A DNA stretch of 62,730 bases, filler included, from Choristocarpus tenellus KU-1152 (lineage: Eukaryota; Protista; Phaeophyceae), in NCBI GenBank assembly GCA_964200185.2. It is 9 parts of 9 records of this genome, joined end to end, with 100 filler letters (N's around TTAATTAATTAA, not from the genome) between each part and the next. Parts side by side here need not be neighbours in the genome. Positions count along the whole stretch, not along the records: positions 13,246 to 18,237 come from CAXNAD020012252.1; positions 18,338 to 26,740 come from CAXNAD020004755.1; positions 26,841 to 32,980 come from CAXNAD020008846.1; 6 more parts are not named here. The stretch is one strand, 5' to 3'. Positions within the stretch are counted from its first letter, which is position 1. The number at the start of each line of letters is the position of its first letter. Positions 14,148 to 27,532 of the stretch are shown here, in pieces. Under the pieces are notes generated by a model. It ran no database searches, was not told the DNA's origin, and worked only from the letters and a program-made list of their open reading frames with translations. The position numbers and the translations under genes were made by a program.

Positions 14148-14549
14148 CGTTACAGGCGAATAGTGCAAGAATTTCTTCTTGCGCTCTAACAAGTGCGAGC
14201 AGTAAATGCGCGCGCGGAACCCCAATGAAAGGGAACTCCGATTTGCTAAAATTGCAATGTAAGATCTGCGACTTCAGAATAAAATGACTTTCAGGTATAC
14301 AGTGGCGTCTATAAACTCAAAATAGATTCCAGTTGGTGGCTTCAAACAGCCACTTTCTTTATTCTATGTCGTAACACTTACACCGAATGAAAGTATACCT
14401 TCATCTGCTGACCTGATATTTACCGTCCTCGATGGACCTTTTGACTGTCGGGGTATCTCAGGAGTCCTGTACAGGCATCAACGCCATCTATAGGCCTGTG
14501 GATTGAAGCTATACATCCTGTGGAAGTAAGCTTTGGAGCGTGTTGTGAT
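14148..14549 (+). mobile_element. Probable 3' LTR of the Gypsy element
   Basis: Begins (C)GTTACAGGCGAATAG just after a G-run (PPT-like), downstream of the integrase; homologous to the reverse complement of 20914-21479. Confidence 0.65.
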
Positions 14550-17500
14550 CCAATGTAAGTACACTGGGTGTTTGTCACTAACCGCCCCAAGACCGATCAA
14601 TCAGGAGTGATCACACGAGGAACTAGTTGCTGATGGGTTTAGACAAATGAGATTTGGATGGCTGAAGAAGCATATTATAAGCTGCCACGGAGGGTCTGTG
14701 CTGCATGCATCTGAGCCCTAGCAGATTCAGACGGAGGATCATTCAATATCCCAAAAAACTTATAGATCCTCAGCCACGACAGTCTTCTCGTTTTAGTGAC
14801 CAGGGTCGACAATCTTTTGTGTTGGTGGTTGCGCTTCCTTCTTGTCAGTCATCTTGACATGAACCTCTATATATGGGACCCCTCAACATTGATCGGCGTG
14901 TGTACCAATGTTAAACGGCGTAGTTCTGTGTCATCGGGGGTGATGAGAACCACCAGGTATAAAGGTTCAGAAATGAAATGAGAGATGAGAATGAGGCATG
15001 CTGGGCCTAGGTTGAAACCGACCATGGTGATTGGTTGCGACTAGTTACAACAGAAACAAGATCCCCGGTTTTGCTGGTTTGAATCCGTCACCTTCCATCA
15101 TGTCAGTGTTATTATGATCTGGTTATTATGCGTCTGACCTACACCACATCACTTCAACTGACCCCACCAATATAAGGTGGAGCGCAAAAGTGGATAAGAC
15201 TGCGCGCATTATCCGCATTACATGAGTGTGTCGGAGATCGGAAAAAACACATATCTCTAATCAAAATTGTACAAATAAAAGAACGTCTATTGAATTGACT
15301 CTTTCCACATCTATCTCAAAAATGTCTAAAGACAAAAAAATATAAGACGTTGTAGAGAACTAATCCGGAATTCTTGAGGAGAAAGTGGGACTCTTCAACT
15401 TACCACCCTCTGTAACAGACAAATACGATTTTATGGAGTAGTATGACATATTTTTTATGTCACAAAGTAAGGTTGGGATCATTTTCCGCAAGTTCGGAAG
15501 TTAGAGAAGAAGTAGAGATTTCGCACATCCTACCTACACTTGTTTCGAACATAAATGTTACACGCCTGGAGAACATCCATATACTGGATGGAAGTAATAA
15601 AATACTCAGAAAACACTGTAGGCTGTAATGGAAGTATATAATATCTTTTTATACTCTTCTCACATTTTGGACTTTTCATCGGAAAAGCCAGTTCAAAATT
15701 GTAATAATCCCTGGAGAAAGTAACAGTTGTAAATTTTAATGTATATCATGACGGATTCTGTCCTTCTTCTTAAGCGAAGAGGCAACAAGAGAAATACCGA
15801 AAGAGAAATGGAGTTTAGACGAGAGTAATATGTTACGGTAAATATATATTATTTATGCATAGTCCATATGTCTGTCTATTACATTTTATTTTTTGTAGTT
15901 TATACATATTATTATTACATCCTTTAAGGGGGAGATATTTTTACATGTTACTATTACCTCTCATATTTATTGGATGTGTAGAGGAAAACCTAAAGGCAAA
16001 ACGGTTTGTGAATAGTATTTTTATTTGTTCGCTGTTAGGATGGATATCCTCCGCTCATCTACCTATCGTTGACTATTTCTTCTGTGCTACGAACTGCCTG
16101 CTGTACTACAACTAACCACACTAGTGCGTTGGGAAGGTACACCTGCGTATTGTACCATATAACAGTTTATCCTATCTATCATAAACCACAAAAAGCTCAC
16201 TAAAAGATCTGGAGCGTGATGATGAAGAGTTGGCGAGGGTGGGTGTAGTACGGATCACTAGAATCGAGGGAGGAGGTGGAGCAATAAGTGGTAGAAGGAC
16301 TGAACTCAAAGCGTGATTAAAATCAAGGGAAGAACGGCCAGTGCAATTATTTGTAGGAAAGTGTGAAACAATTGGGAACAAGCTGACAGGCTCTTCGTAA
16401 TGAAGGGGAGCGCGAAGACCCACAGAAGGCAAGATCAAAGAGAGACAAGTCAAAGAAGGAGAGCAATCCCTCAGAAGATCACTCAGGAAAAGAGTGTTCA
16501 AGTGGTAACTGAAAGAGGGGGGGTTGGGAAGGTCACTCCAAACCATCCGATCTTACTTCAAGCAGATGTTACCTTCAACATGCAAGAACAAATGTCATAC
16601 GAATATCATAATGTTCAAGATAGGTTACCTTCAGGATATACCTTCTATATGTCCAGGCATTGGGGAACGGGAACTATTTCCCGATCAAGTAATGGAAAAA
16701 ACGCGGGGGAACATCTCCGGCGCAATTTTGAAGATGAGGACTTCAAAACGGACAAAAATGAAGTGGTTGGTCAAACCCTTTGCGAACAACTGGTCCGGGT
16801 TAAGTCCCTGCCGAATTTGTCCGATGTGGCGCTACCAAAAAAAAAAAGCAAGCTTTGCGGACATCTTTTTAACGCCTTTTGCAGACATTTTTTGAGCACA
16901 CACACGCGTCACATACACAGCAACATGAACCACGACGGTGAGACAAGGAAAGCCACCGAGGCCACTCTGCCCCCTGGATTTACCCTCGGTACCTTCTTTG
17001 TCTAGAGGTGACGGAAAAGCAAGTACCATGTGACACTCAGTGAGATGTTAGGTGACGAGAAAATGGGAGTAGTGTGGCGCAGCAGCATAATCAAATCGTA
17101 AAATGGGTCAAGGGGCCGCGACGCCGATGCTGAGAAAAGATGCATTGAAAGCATTACCACACAAAGGTGGTTGGGTCTTCAACCATGTCGGAGAACTGCT
17201 CTGCAGTCTCTGCCACCTCGGGAAAACAGGAATAGAGCACCGAGTGAAGTACAGTGACGAAATCTGTGGGGAAGTCTGGTCACGGCAGGCGAAGGGAGAA
17301 CCAGAGTGACCGGCCGAAGGGAACGTTAGGGAAGAGAGCAGTGCGACTGCGTATGTCATTGCTCTCAGGAAACGCCTAAGCAAAACCCCGGTAGTAGAAT
17401 ATCTTAGTACTCCACAGTTGCAGCAGGCCCTGGCTCTTTGGAACCTATGTGAGCCAGAGTGGCTTAAGGAAATGAAACGAAGGTGTTGGGGTTGGGCTAC

Positions 17501-18148
17501 AAGGGATCTGAAGTCCGAAAGAGGGTCCAAAGGGCTCGCAAGGCAGAGGAGAAAGTGATCGTAACAAAGGCAGCCGTGGAGACGTTTCGATACCACCAAA
17601 TCCATTACTTAGAAGAGGTCACGAAGCAGGTGGAGGTAGCCATCGACAAGGACGCCAGGGAAGAAGAGGAGGTGAGATTGAGACTATTTGCCCACCAATA
17701 GTTTGGTGTCTCCCACTTCTTGCAAGATGTTGTACATTCAATTTTGTTCCTGGACTTGGAGTTGGACGTATAAAGTTGATTAAGGCTTTCTCCCAGGCTG
17801 CATTCATTTGAGAAATCAGCACAATTTTCGATCAACTCAAGCCTGTCGTCCCTCGCCCTTGAGCCTTGATAATAGATATCACCTGTCCAGGAAACACGGA
17901 CAACGCCCATTTCCGGCGCTCAACAAGGAAATGTGACCGATAAGGATCTAACACTGTGAATCCTGTACATGTGTATGAACGACGGGAAAGACCGTCAAAC
18001 GGCGCTTGAGATGGCGGCAGGATATGCGATGGTCTGGGCGGAAACTGTGAGTAAATGGGAGAGATGTTACAGGCGAATAGCATGTCTGCCTTTCCGCACT
18101 CTAACCAGTTTGAAAAGTCTTGCTATGGGTCATAGATTTTGTCTATGT

Positions 18149-18237
18149 GACCCAAAGTATCTGGGAGGGGGGGGGGGGGCTACACCAGGGTGTCCATTTG
18201 GACCAAAATAAGTAAAAGTGTATTTACAGTATCCATC
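18149..18237. mobile_element. MITE family B, one end (contig break)
   Basis: GACCCAAAGTATCTGGG(G)n...CCAGGGTGTCCATTTGG, homologous to 57042-57220. Confidence 0.75.
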
Positions 18238-18337
18238 NNNNNNNNNNNNNNNNNNNNNNNNNNNNNNNNNNNNNNNNNNNNTTAATTAATTAANNNNNNN
18301 NNNNNNNNNNNNNNNNNNNNNNNNNNNNNNNNNNNNN

Positions 18338-18440
18338 GCCGTTGCGTATTTTAAAATTAAACATAAAAAAAGAGTTTTTTGTCCGAAATGGACGCCCCTT
18401 CACAATCCCCCCCCCCCCCCCCCCCCAGATACTTTGACCC
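18338..18440. mobile_element. MITE family B, one end (contig start)
   Basis: AAATGGACGCCCCTTCACAAT(C)nAGATACTTTGACCC, homologous to 62520-62695. Confidence 0.8.
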
Positions 18441-18501
18441 AAGATTAAGATGGAAAGATAAAGACCGATTGATGGTAGTGATAGTGAGAAAAATTGGTAA
18501 G

Positions 18502-18764
18502 GAGTGAAAAGTATCTTAGAGGGTACGAATTTTTCCCTGTTTGTCTGTTTTGGGCTTGTCCTCCCACGGTCTTTTGTTAATGACATTTTACCTAATCCGA
18601 TATGTTTAGGGTTAGGTAAAATGTATACGTTGTGAAAAGGTATGTCCGGAATAAGGATATTGACACTTCCTAGCAAACACGATAGCCAAAATTACATCGA
18701 AATCACAACATTGGTTTTTGACAGTCAAACAGATGTGGATGTACCCTCTAAGATACCTTGACTC
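18502..18764. mobile_element. MITE family A, copy 2 (opposite orientation)
   Basis: GAGTGAAAAGTATCTTAGAGGGTA ... TACCCTCTAAGATACCTTGACTC; TSD AAG/AAG. Confidence 0.92.
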
Positions 18765-19371
18765 AAGAGTTAGAGAGGGTTGTACAGTATTCACCCTCAC
18801 ACCATCACCTTCTGGCAATAACCGACATTTTTTACACGGTGGAATTTTCCAATGGTCCGCGGAACATAGGAAAGAACATACGCTGAGGATACCTGATGCG
18901 GTAATTATTGCCCTATTCATAACCCCAACCCTAAGAAAATAGACACGGGTGTGGAGGAAATGAAAACCGTCCTGTGCATGCTGCCTTTCCCCAATCCTAT
19001 ACCTAAACGTAAGGTATATTTGAAATGTTTAAAACAAACAAGAATTTGAACACCCTGCTGACCCTCTATTCAATGAAGGTGGTCTTGATATCGTTCTCCA
19101 TCGCGATTGCATTTTGGGGGCAAGGTTGCGTCCCAGAGCAATAGATGTGTCAGTGGCTTTAGTTGGGCGTTGAGTGTCGAGAGTGTTATTGATAGTTCCC
19201 TCTTTAGGTAGAGCAATAGATGGACACACGCCCAGAATTCAGAATGAGAGTGTTCATCTGTGCTCTACCTCCTTTTGCTCAACTTTCCCACCTTGATGAC
19301 AGGGGCAGGCCTAATCCTAACTCCCCCTTACCTCACCACCTGTGCTAAAAATGTTCACTGTTAATGGGAAG

Positions 19372-22246
19372 GCATTGTCTGGAAAGGATGCTGATGCCAT
19401 TCCTGATCAATATGGGGCGTGGGAGCCCACTGCGGTGTTTGTTCCACTGGAGGAAATGCTACGGGTGGATAACTTTGGACTATGTACTACAGAGATATTT
19501 GGTCCTTTTCAGGTGTGCAGATAAGGTTTACTTGGTGTACTTGAGGGGAAGGAAGAGAGTGGTTGGGGAGTTGCAGGGTTGTAGGGAGGGGACTGCTAAT
19601 GGTACTATCTTATGATGGACAGAGTTTAAGTGTGCGCTATGTAATAGGACGTAATTAGGTCATACTCTAAGGCGCCGGTGTGTTTCTAAGGAGAGGAGCG
19701 TGGGTAGTGAATGCATGTGCCTAGAACTGTACGTGTATTGTGGAGCTGGTTAGAGCTAGTGTAAGACAGAGGTAGCAGACCTGGTGGATGGTGCGCATGG
19801 TGTGTGAGAGACCGTTTTTGATTACAAGAACCTCTGATCGTGATGTGAACAAATGAGGCATGCGATGGGGTGGAGTGGTGGTAGTGGTGGTGAGGAGCTA
19901 GAGCTGGTTTGAGATGGTCTAATCTTGGGGTGTTGTTTCTTGGGAGGGATTTGAAACTGTTCCTGAGAAAGAGCTACTGGGGTGAGTGATCACACGGTCC
20001 ACTGCAGAGGGATGAGAGGAGGTACTTATAGTGTACACATGCACAGACACGTAGCCAGATGGGTTGATGGACGGGAACAGTGCAGTTTTACATTCACAGC
20101 ATTTACGTGAGGGGTCCCTGAAAGTCTATTTAGGGCTGTTTCCACAAATCGAAAAAGTTGCGTATGCATTCCCCATTGACCAATCAAAAGACTATCGTGC
20201 GCTGTGATTGGACTTGGCTCGACAGGGAGGGCTAATTTGAAGGTTGGATATATTGAGAGGTTGTGTATCTAACTTTGATATCCAAGCAGAAGAGCGGGTT
20301 GAAATTTATGTTAATATTTGTGTAAGGCGATGCAGTATGTGACAGGGAAGTATTAGGACTATTACGCTTTGACTTGAAGAAAAGCTTACGATAGCTGTAG
20401 CTCATGTTGTTCCAGTTGCAGTTCCTGGATGCTTGAACAGTCCTGTACAAAGATTCCTTGAGTTCCGAGTGTAAGTATCTTAGGGTTAGGGTAAGAGTTT
20501 TGCCCTGTTTGTCCCTTTGGGGCTTGGCTTCCCTCGGGGTTTTATGTGACGTTTTCCTACTCCAAAATATTTCGGAGTAGGTAAAATGTATATATGTTTT
20601 GAAAAGGTGCGTCCGGAACAAGGATATTGACACTTCCTAACAAACATGATAGCCAAAATTACATCAAAATCACAACATTCGGTTTTGGCCCCCAAATGGA
20701 CGCGGCTCTACCCTCTAAGATACTTTGGTTCTTCCCCACTGCTGCATCAAATTCCAATTCGAATTTTCTCCTCAACGGACGGCGATATTAGGGTTAGGGT
20801 TGGCGATATTAATGAGTGCTCACTGCAAGTCGGTCTGACTCGGGTACCATTATGTAGACATTGAGAGTGCAGGTATCAGGCGCATGTATACCATGTATGC
20901 AGTACTACACAACCGTTACAGTGTGCTCCAGAAGCTTACCTCCACAGGATGTGTGACTCCAATCCACGGGCCTATAGATGGCGCTGATGTTTGTACAGGG
21001 CTCCCAGTACAGGGCTCCCAGGATACTCCACCGGATGCGTGGCTCCAATCCACAGGCCTATAGATGACGATGATGCTTGTACAAGGCTCTCAGGATACTC
21101 TGACAGTCAAAGGGGTGCAATCCACAGGTTAACGAATATCAGCACAGCAGAACAGGGGTACTCTAACTGAATCAATAAGCATATGCATGAGAATCGGTAT
21201 CAGTTAAGAGTGAGAATCCTGTGGATTTTGAGCCCTTTGGGAACTGAGCCCTTTGGAGTCGTTTTTAGGGTCTCTTATCATCATTTACCGTTTGTTTCTT
21301 TGGTTTGCAGAGGTTGGAATACATCTGAGAACCGTTGGGACCTTCCCAAGTTACAGATATTATTCTGCAACTTTTAGCAAATCGGAGTTCTCCCTTTTGG
21401 GGTTCCCCACGTTTGTACACTGCTCGCGCCGGTTAAAGCGTAAGTTAAAAAGAAACACTTGTACTACTCGCCTGTAACACAACTTCCCATGCCAGTCCTG
21501 CACCTTCCTTTGGGCGAGTCCTTGAACAATGAGTCTTACCTTCCACCTCTCTCCTAACCCAACTGCATCACCTTCCTTGAAAATCAATCGAATTTCATCT
21601 TCAGAATCTTCTCTTGGGTCGACCTTATGACTTGGACTTATGTCCTGTTTTGCATGAGTCCGTCCAACTCCTACTTGGTGGCTTCAGTCCAATGCGAAGA
21701 TTCCCCCCCCCAAAGTGACTCATTCGCTGCCTTGGGTGCTGTAGGCAGTTGGTTAGCTGGGATATCTCCTGGCCAGTCTCAACCCAACCCATCCCCAATC
21801 TTGTTCGTCATCACCTTGTGCACCAGCATTGCCATCATTCCAGAGGAAGCTGTTCTCAAATTGTATGTCATTCTCCCTGATGTGCAAGGTTTGTCATATG
21901 CCCCTATGACCTATGTATATCCAACCTTGACAGTATCCTTGATCTCCCTGCGCTCGGCCATTGTTCAGATTGTTCAGCAAGATTGCTCACCCTATCATCC
22001 TCCAACACATCTTAGTCACAAGCTTCCAAGGCTCCTTCCTTCCCATTCCCAAGTAACTTTTAATCATCACTGTTGAATCCCTTCCTATCGCTTCGATCCC
22101 TTCCCATCTCTTCTTCAATCCCTTCCTATCACTTTTCCAATTCCTCCACATTGGGCTCAAAGTATCCTGGGGGGGGGGGGGGGGGGGGGNNNNNNNNNTC
22201 CTCTCTCCCCCCCCTCTCTTCCCTCTTTTCTCTCCGTGGTGTGGGT

Positions 22247-22280
<34 letters not shown>

Positions 22281-25200
22281 GGCGTCTGTCCGTTTGGGGC
22301 TCATTTTTCCATATCGTGATTTTTGTGTGATTTGGTTGCATGCTTCGGATGGATAATGTATGTGCACTTCTCCTGATCAGGCCTGAATGGATACCCTGGT
22401 GTAGACCTAGACTTAGAGCCATCACCTGTAAACGTATCCTCTCCCTGTTGGGTACCTTCAACAGTTTCCTTTTGATTGAGACTGGTGTTCGAACCACTAC
22501 TGTCCCAGGGGTCTATGTCCAAACCCAATATTATCTCCCCTAAACGATCATTAAATTTCTCGATGCCCTGCCCTGTGGGTTCCCAGACCATGCGCCCTCC
22601 GTGCCACAACTCTCCCAGTTGTATTGGCGAGTAAATTTGGAAAGAATCGAGTGTGATGATTTGACACAAAAAACATTGTAAGGCATGGTTCTGTGCATGA
22701 TGACGGTTTATGCTGCCGTTTATAAACGTCTTCAATCCCCATGTACCCCACACAGGAAAATCCAGTACACCATCAGGATTTCCATACCAGAGGTTGTACG
22801 ATGAAGGTCATTTTGGGTTGGCTGAAGTTGGAGTCTTGTTGTGTAGTTCAGCCACCATCAAGTTAGTTTCAGCCCAGGGCAAGAGTTTATTCCCCAACCT
22901 GGCTGAGTCAACATCAACAAGGCCTTCTCAGCAATCAGGTCAATCTCCTCTCTTCCACCACATTGAATTCTGGCACCTTGAAGTATAAATCTTGACAGTT
23001 GAAGGTGGAAGATGCTCTCAGGGATGTCGTCTCAATACTATATGCACTCCTTCCAAGTGAAGATTGCGATGTTCCCCAGGAAAGGTTACAGTGGTGGGAT
23101 GGTGGAAACGTACATTAGCATCACCAGCTTACCCTGAACCTCAGAGCGGTGGGGTAGGGAAAAGTTAAATGGAAAATTAATCCCATGACCACAGTTAGAT
23201 GTTGACAAATAAATATGTTTCTGCCTGCCTCTTATGTGTTAAATATCTGGGTTCCAATTACTGCCCTAACCGCTGCAATAGAAAGCCAAAGTCGAAAAGC
23301 TGTGAAACCTATTTGGATCACACACACGACTTTCCCGCTGACTGCACCTCAGACCACTTCGAAATGTTGGTGCTAAAGTACTGCAACATTTGTATCCTGT
23401 GGTAGATACTTATGTTGTACCGGTGATAATAGTATTGTTGTCTGCTATATAGTTCAGCAATGACTTCTATCGCTCTTGGAAAGTGAGGAGCATCGTGCCT
23501 TCACCTCTCCCACCCATGGCTACAAGAAAGGAAGCTGCAAACATGATGTGCCACACTTTCAGGTGTCCTAATATGGGGGGGTGTTGCTGCTTCCAACCAC
23601 CGTATATCCCGAACCACCTAACAGATGTGCCAGCTTGTCTATACACAAGAATACTTTATGAAACATTTTTTTCAGAGATTTTTACTGTGTCAGGCAGATA
23701 GCATGTCCACTGTCGGCCATATGGCTCTGGGCCAGCCCACGGCCCAGCCATGTTGATGCTGTCGATGACCAAGGGCTCGGTCATGCTGAGTGGTGACGGT
23801 CATTGACTTGGCCATATTAGAGCATTTTAGCTATGACTGACCAGGTAATACTTTAGGTGCTCTGGTCGGTCGCATCAAGGCCATGCCTCCCCGTTTTCCA
23901 TTTGCTGTACTTGTACATATTGATATTTCATTATTATTTTCTATATTACTATTTTGAAAACTGTGGTAAATTCGGAATAGAACACAAATAAATCGTTTGG
24001 GAGTCTGAGGTGATTTGTGACTTTTAAGATTTACTTCGGCGCTATCTGTTGTATTTTGACACTCATCGACCAAGAGTCAAATGTGTAAATATAGAAAGTA
24101 AAAAAATATCTACACCATTCATATGCATACCTATAATAACATTCTCACTACACATACGTATATGTTCCTCGTGATTTTGGACCAAGAAAGTCCAGAGAAG
24201 ATTGGAAAGACTACAATGTATTATATGCATGTTGCCGGAGTATAACTTGATCTTTGACGTGTTCATATTTTCCTTGATGGACTAGAACACGTAATCGACA
24301 CATGGACGGTCCAGATATGCCAGGAAAAAGATAAGAGTGGGCCGATTGGAGGACACAGACCGGTACAATTGCCCAGTGGACATAGTTCGGACATGTTAGA
24401 GAATGTAGAACCGGTCTGACTGGTGGACATGGACCAGTCCAAACCTAGTTGGCAAGGACCCGTATGTAAAATAGTTTTGGGACCTGTCTGGTCACCAGAC
24501 GGGACCAATTAAATTTCCTGATCAGGTGAAAAGCCCTGATTGTTTTCAATCCAATACAGATGTGCCATGATGAGATTCATACATACTAGTGAGAATTCAC
24601 GGTATTATTTTTTGGTCTTTTCAGTCAGAGCGATGTTTAGAATGCAATAGATCATGAAATAGAATAGCATCAGAGTGCCTCACCATGCGACATGCTGTGG
24701 GCTCCCATTGTTAATGGCAGTTAGAGAACATTTGTAACTCCTTGAATATGTATTTTTGAGAGGTTTCACTCAGTCCCAATTTCTAAGAGTCAAGATAATC
24801 GAGAGGTACGCAAAGTTACATTTGATGGATGTGGACATGTATGAGCAAAATTCATCTTTTTTTACAAAATTTTATAGACTATTTTCTGAATGTGTCGGAT
24901 TTTTTTCAAACAATAGAGAAGTATCTCAAGTCAAACTATTGAACTTCATCCACATCAATATCGGTGAATTGCTAATGATTGAAAAACAAAAAATACAAAA
25001 TGTCCAAAACATACTTACCTCTCGTTTATTTCGACTCTAACCTCTACCCCGCCTACAGGTGGTTACAGAATACACTGATGAACAACTACCCATGGTGCTA
25101 CAGGCCTGTGAATCGATGTCAAACCATCTCACAGCAGCAGTGGTCTCCAATGATGAGGCCTTCCAGAGAAAGGTCCTGGGGTCCACAGTAAACGGCACCA

Positions 25201-25388
25201 CCTATTGTGGCATTAGAGCTAGGACCACAGGGGCTCCGCAGAATCATTGGTTTGGCCCTGCGGGGGATCCCAGAGGCGCTGGCATAGGTACCTTTGAGTC
25301 AATTCGAATGGTTTGGTCATGTCATCGGGAGATCATTACTGATGAGGGACCGGTGCCTGAAGGGTGGTCAATTCCAGAGGCATCTTGA
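19372..25388 (+). CDS. P5CDH: Delta-1-pyrroline-5-carboxylate dehydrogenase (ALDH12 family), last two exons
   Basis: Exon ~19372-19512 (acceptor uncertain; IPDQYGAWEPTAVFVPLEE...TEIFGPFQ) spliced to 25059-25388 (HLTAAVVSND...VNGTTYCGIRARTTGAPQNHWFGPAGDPRGAGIGT...WSCHREII), matching the ALDH12 C-terminus. 5.5-kb TE-filled intron. Confidence 0.9.
20467..20731. mobile_element. MITE family A, copy 3
   Basis: Same TIRs and internal sequence; flanks TCC/TTC; left TIR carries a GGTT insertion. Confidence 0.9.
20914..21479 (-). mobile_element. Solo LTR (Gypsy-like) with 4-bp TSD CAAC
   Basis: Ends (C)GTTACAG...CTGTAACA, CAAC on both sides, internal sub-repeats, homologous to 14148-14549. Confidence 0.7.
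21480..23000 (-). mobile_element. Highly degenerate Copia pol remnant (integrase to RT start)
   Basis: Minus strand ERWKVRLIVQGLAQRKVQDW (cf. Copia RT KARLVAxGFxQ) and YSPIQLG (cf. integrase YSPQQNG); many stops. Confidence 0.6.
22154..22375. mobile_element. MITE family B, partial, with long G runs and an N gap
   Basis: GGCTCAAAGTATCC-(G)n...GGCGTCTGTCCGTTTGGGG; internal part matches rc of 57100-57220. Confidence 0.75.
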
Positions 25389-26543
25389 GGTAGAGGGCAT
25401 GAATGAATTGTGGAGATAGAGGGTGAAACACAGAAAAAGGAAAAGAGTATGGAACAAGATTCCTAGTGCCTGGGGTTTGTGCAGGTTGAGTCGTGTTTCC
25501 ATAAGGACCCAAGTGATGACCCTTGCACTTATATTGAGGATGCAGTGATTATGAATTGGCAGAGGAGATTGCGCTGTAGCTTGTGGGGTCTCCCGAGGAA
25601 ATGGGTTGACCCTGATGCAGAATTTGAAGTTGAAGTTGGTGTAGGTATAGGCACAATGTAGGTAGAATAGTGTAAGAGAGAGATGGTCTTCTGTATGGGA
25701 AAAAATGAAATGGTATTTGTTGCGGAAGAGTCCACATGTATTGATTATGGCATACAATCGTGATGTGAAGAGTAAAGCTAAAGTTGGGCGTGATCGTTAT
25801 TTTTTGCAGTTACACACTGTACTACATGCTGGTGGAGTTACGTTATATATATATATACTGCACATGTATGCATGGTGATGAGTGTGGCTCACCCACTATG
25901 CTGCTTGGGTGCTTCTACAGAAGTCACAAAACATACTTTCAGGCATGAAATGTTCTTGTTGTTTTAAGTTTCAATAGTTCTTGAGCACTGAGTGGGGGAG
26001 TACAAGGGTACTCTTTGGTCTAATGAGAAGGAGCTGAGAACTGGATTTGTTTTTAATAAAGTACACCAATCCATGGACGTAATTATCCACATCACTCCAT
26101 CCATGCTTGTTGCTGTTGTGGAGTCTCATTTGCTGGTCGCAGGCACCTGCCTCCCCTTTGTCAATGCTACATCTTCGCAGTTTTTGTTAATCACTGACTG
26201 CAAATACCTATCTGCGGAATGAGGCATGAAATCGTTGCACCACCTCAATGAGATGAAATGGTCAATAAACAGGGGGAGGCTTGGGTAGTCATGCACTAGT
26301 TGGAATGCCTGCTGGAAAGATGAGTAGGAAGAATTGTATCAGGAGACACGATGGTTGTTTCATGTATGGGAAAGGTCATGCGAGGTATGATCGCCCTGAC
26401 AGGGATCAGACTAGGCATACAGGTGCCAAAAAGGATGTCCAGGAGAGATCGAAAACTGCAAGGCAAACGGGAAAGACGTACGGGCCTGGGGTACGAAGGA
26501 GTTCTACTATTATTAGCAGACCCCTCCAGCTTGAAGTGAAATA

Positions 26544-26565
26544 GGTTAGGGTTAGGGTTAGGGTT
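26544..26565. repeat. Short interstitial telomeric repeat (TTAGGG)3+
   Basis: GGTTAGGGTTAGGGTTAGGGTT. Confidence 0.8.
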
Positions 26566-26658
26566 TAGTAGTGCTACAACTCCTTCCCCCCCCTGTTACT
26601 TAGTAGGGTGAAGAGAGCTTTGCTCCTAGACTTGACCTGATTGAGCATTTCATTATTC

Positions 26659-26740
26659 TTCGTGAAGTATCTGGGGGGGGGGGGGGTCTGCACCAAGGTG
26701 TGAATTTGGGTCCTGACCAGGAGAGGCGAGGTATCCAACC
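26659..26740. mobile_element. MITE family B, one end (contig break)
   Basis: GAAGTATCTGGGG(G)nTCTGCACCAAGGTGT, similar to the 18149 and 57042 copies. Confidence 0.6.
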
Positions 26741-26916
26741 NNNNNNNNNNNNNNNNNNNNNNNNNNNNNNNNNNNNNNNNNNNNTTAATTAATTAANNNN
26801 NNNNNNNNNNNNNNNNNNNNNNNNNNNNNNNNNNNNNNNNAGAGAAAATACCAAGTTACTCGAGACACGAAACTTCACCACTAAACATAGAACAAAAAAA
26901 AAAGAATTAGGGGTGT

Positions 26917-26959
<43 letters not shown>

Positions 26960-27532
26960 ATCATCAGTACTATAGGTTTTGGACATGGCAAGAACCGTTA
27001 CAACTCAAGACTCCTGGTACTCTCAAATACTACATAGTATGCACAATCAATAACACAGGGATAGATCAAAATGGTTGCAATACCGCTAATTCAACCACTC
27101 GTAGAATAGTGCACAATACTTTTGTGTACCACTAGGTATGCCGTCTTGAACTTCTTCGGCATTGCTTGCAACCAACGAGGTACCTGACAATATTGCATGC
27201 TCATGGCCCCATAGAGGCATCACCAATAGAGTGCGTGATCTTCGTCCTGCATAGCGTGATGTGTACATATATACGGTATCACATGGTGATCCAACACAGA
27301 AAATCCTTGCCGTGTGTCATAGACCGGAGGAGGGGATATCGAAATGTTCAAGTAGCTCACTGAAAACAATAAAAGAATCAGTCGGTTTCCAGGTATCTTG
27401 AAAATGTTTTCCCTTAACGCCCGAAGGGTGTACCATCCATAGATGACACGGCACAAAGCTATATCAGCGCATTACAGCCTTAACCCACTCCCTCACAAAG
27501 GATGTAGTTGTAAACAGGCTTGAAATGCACAC

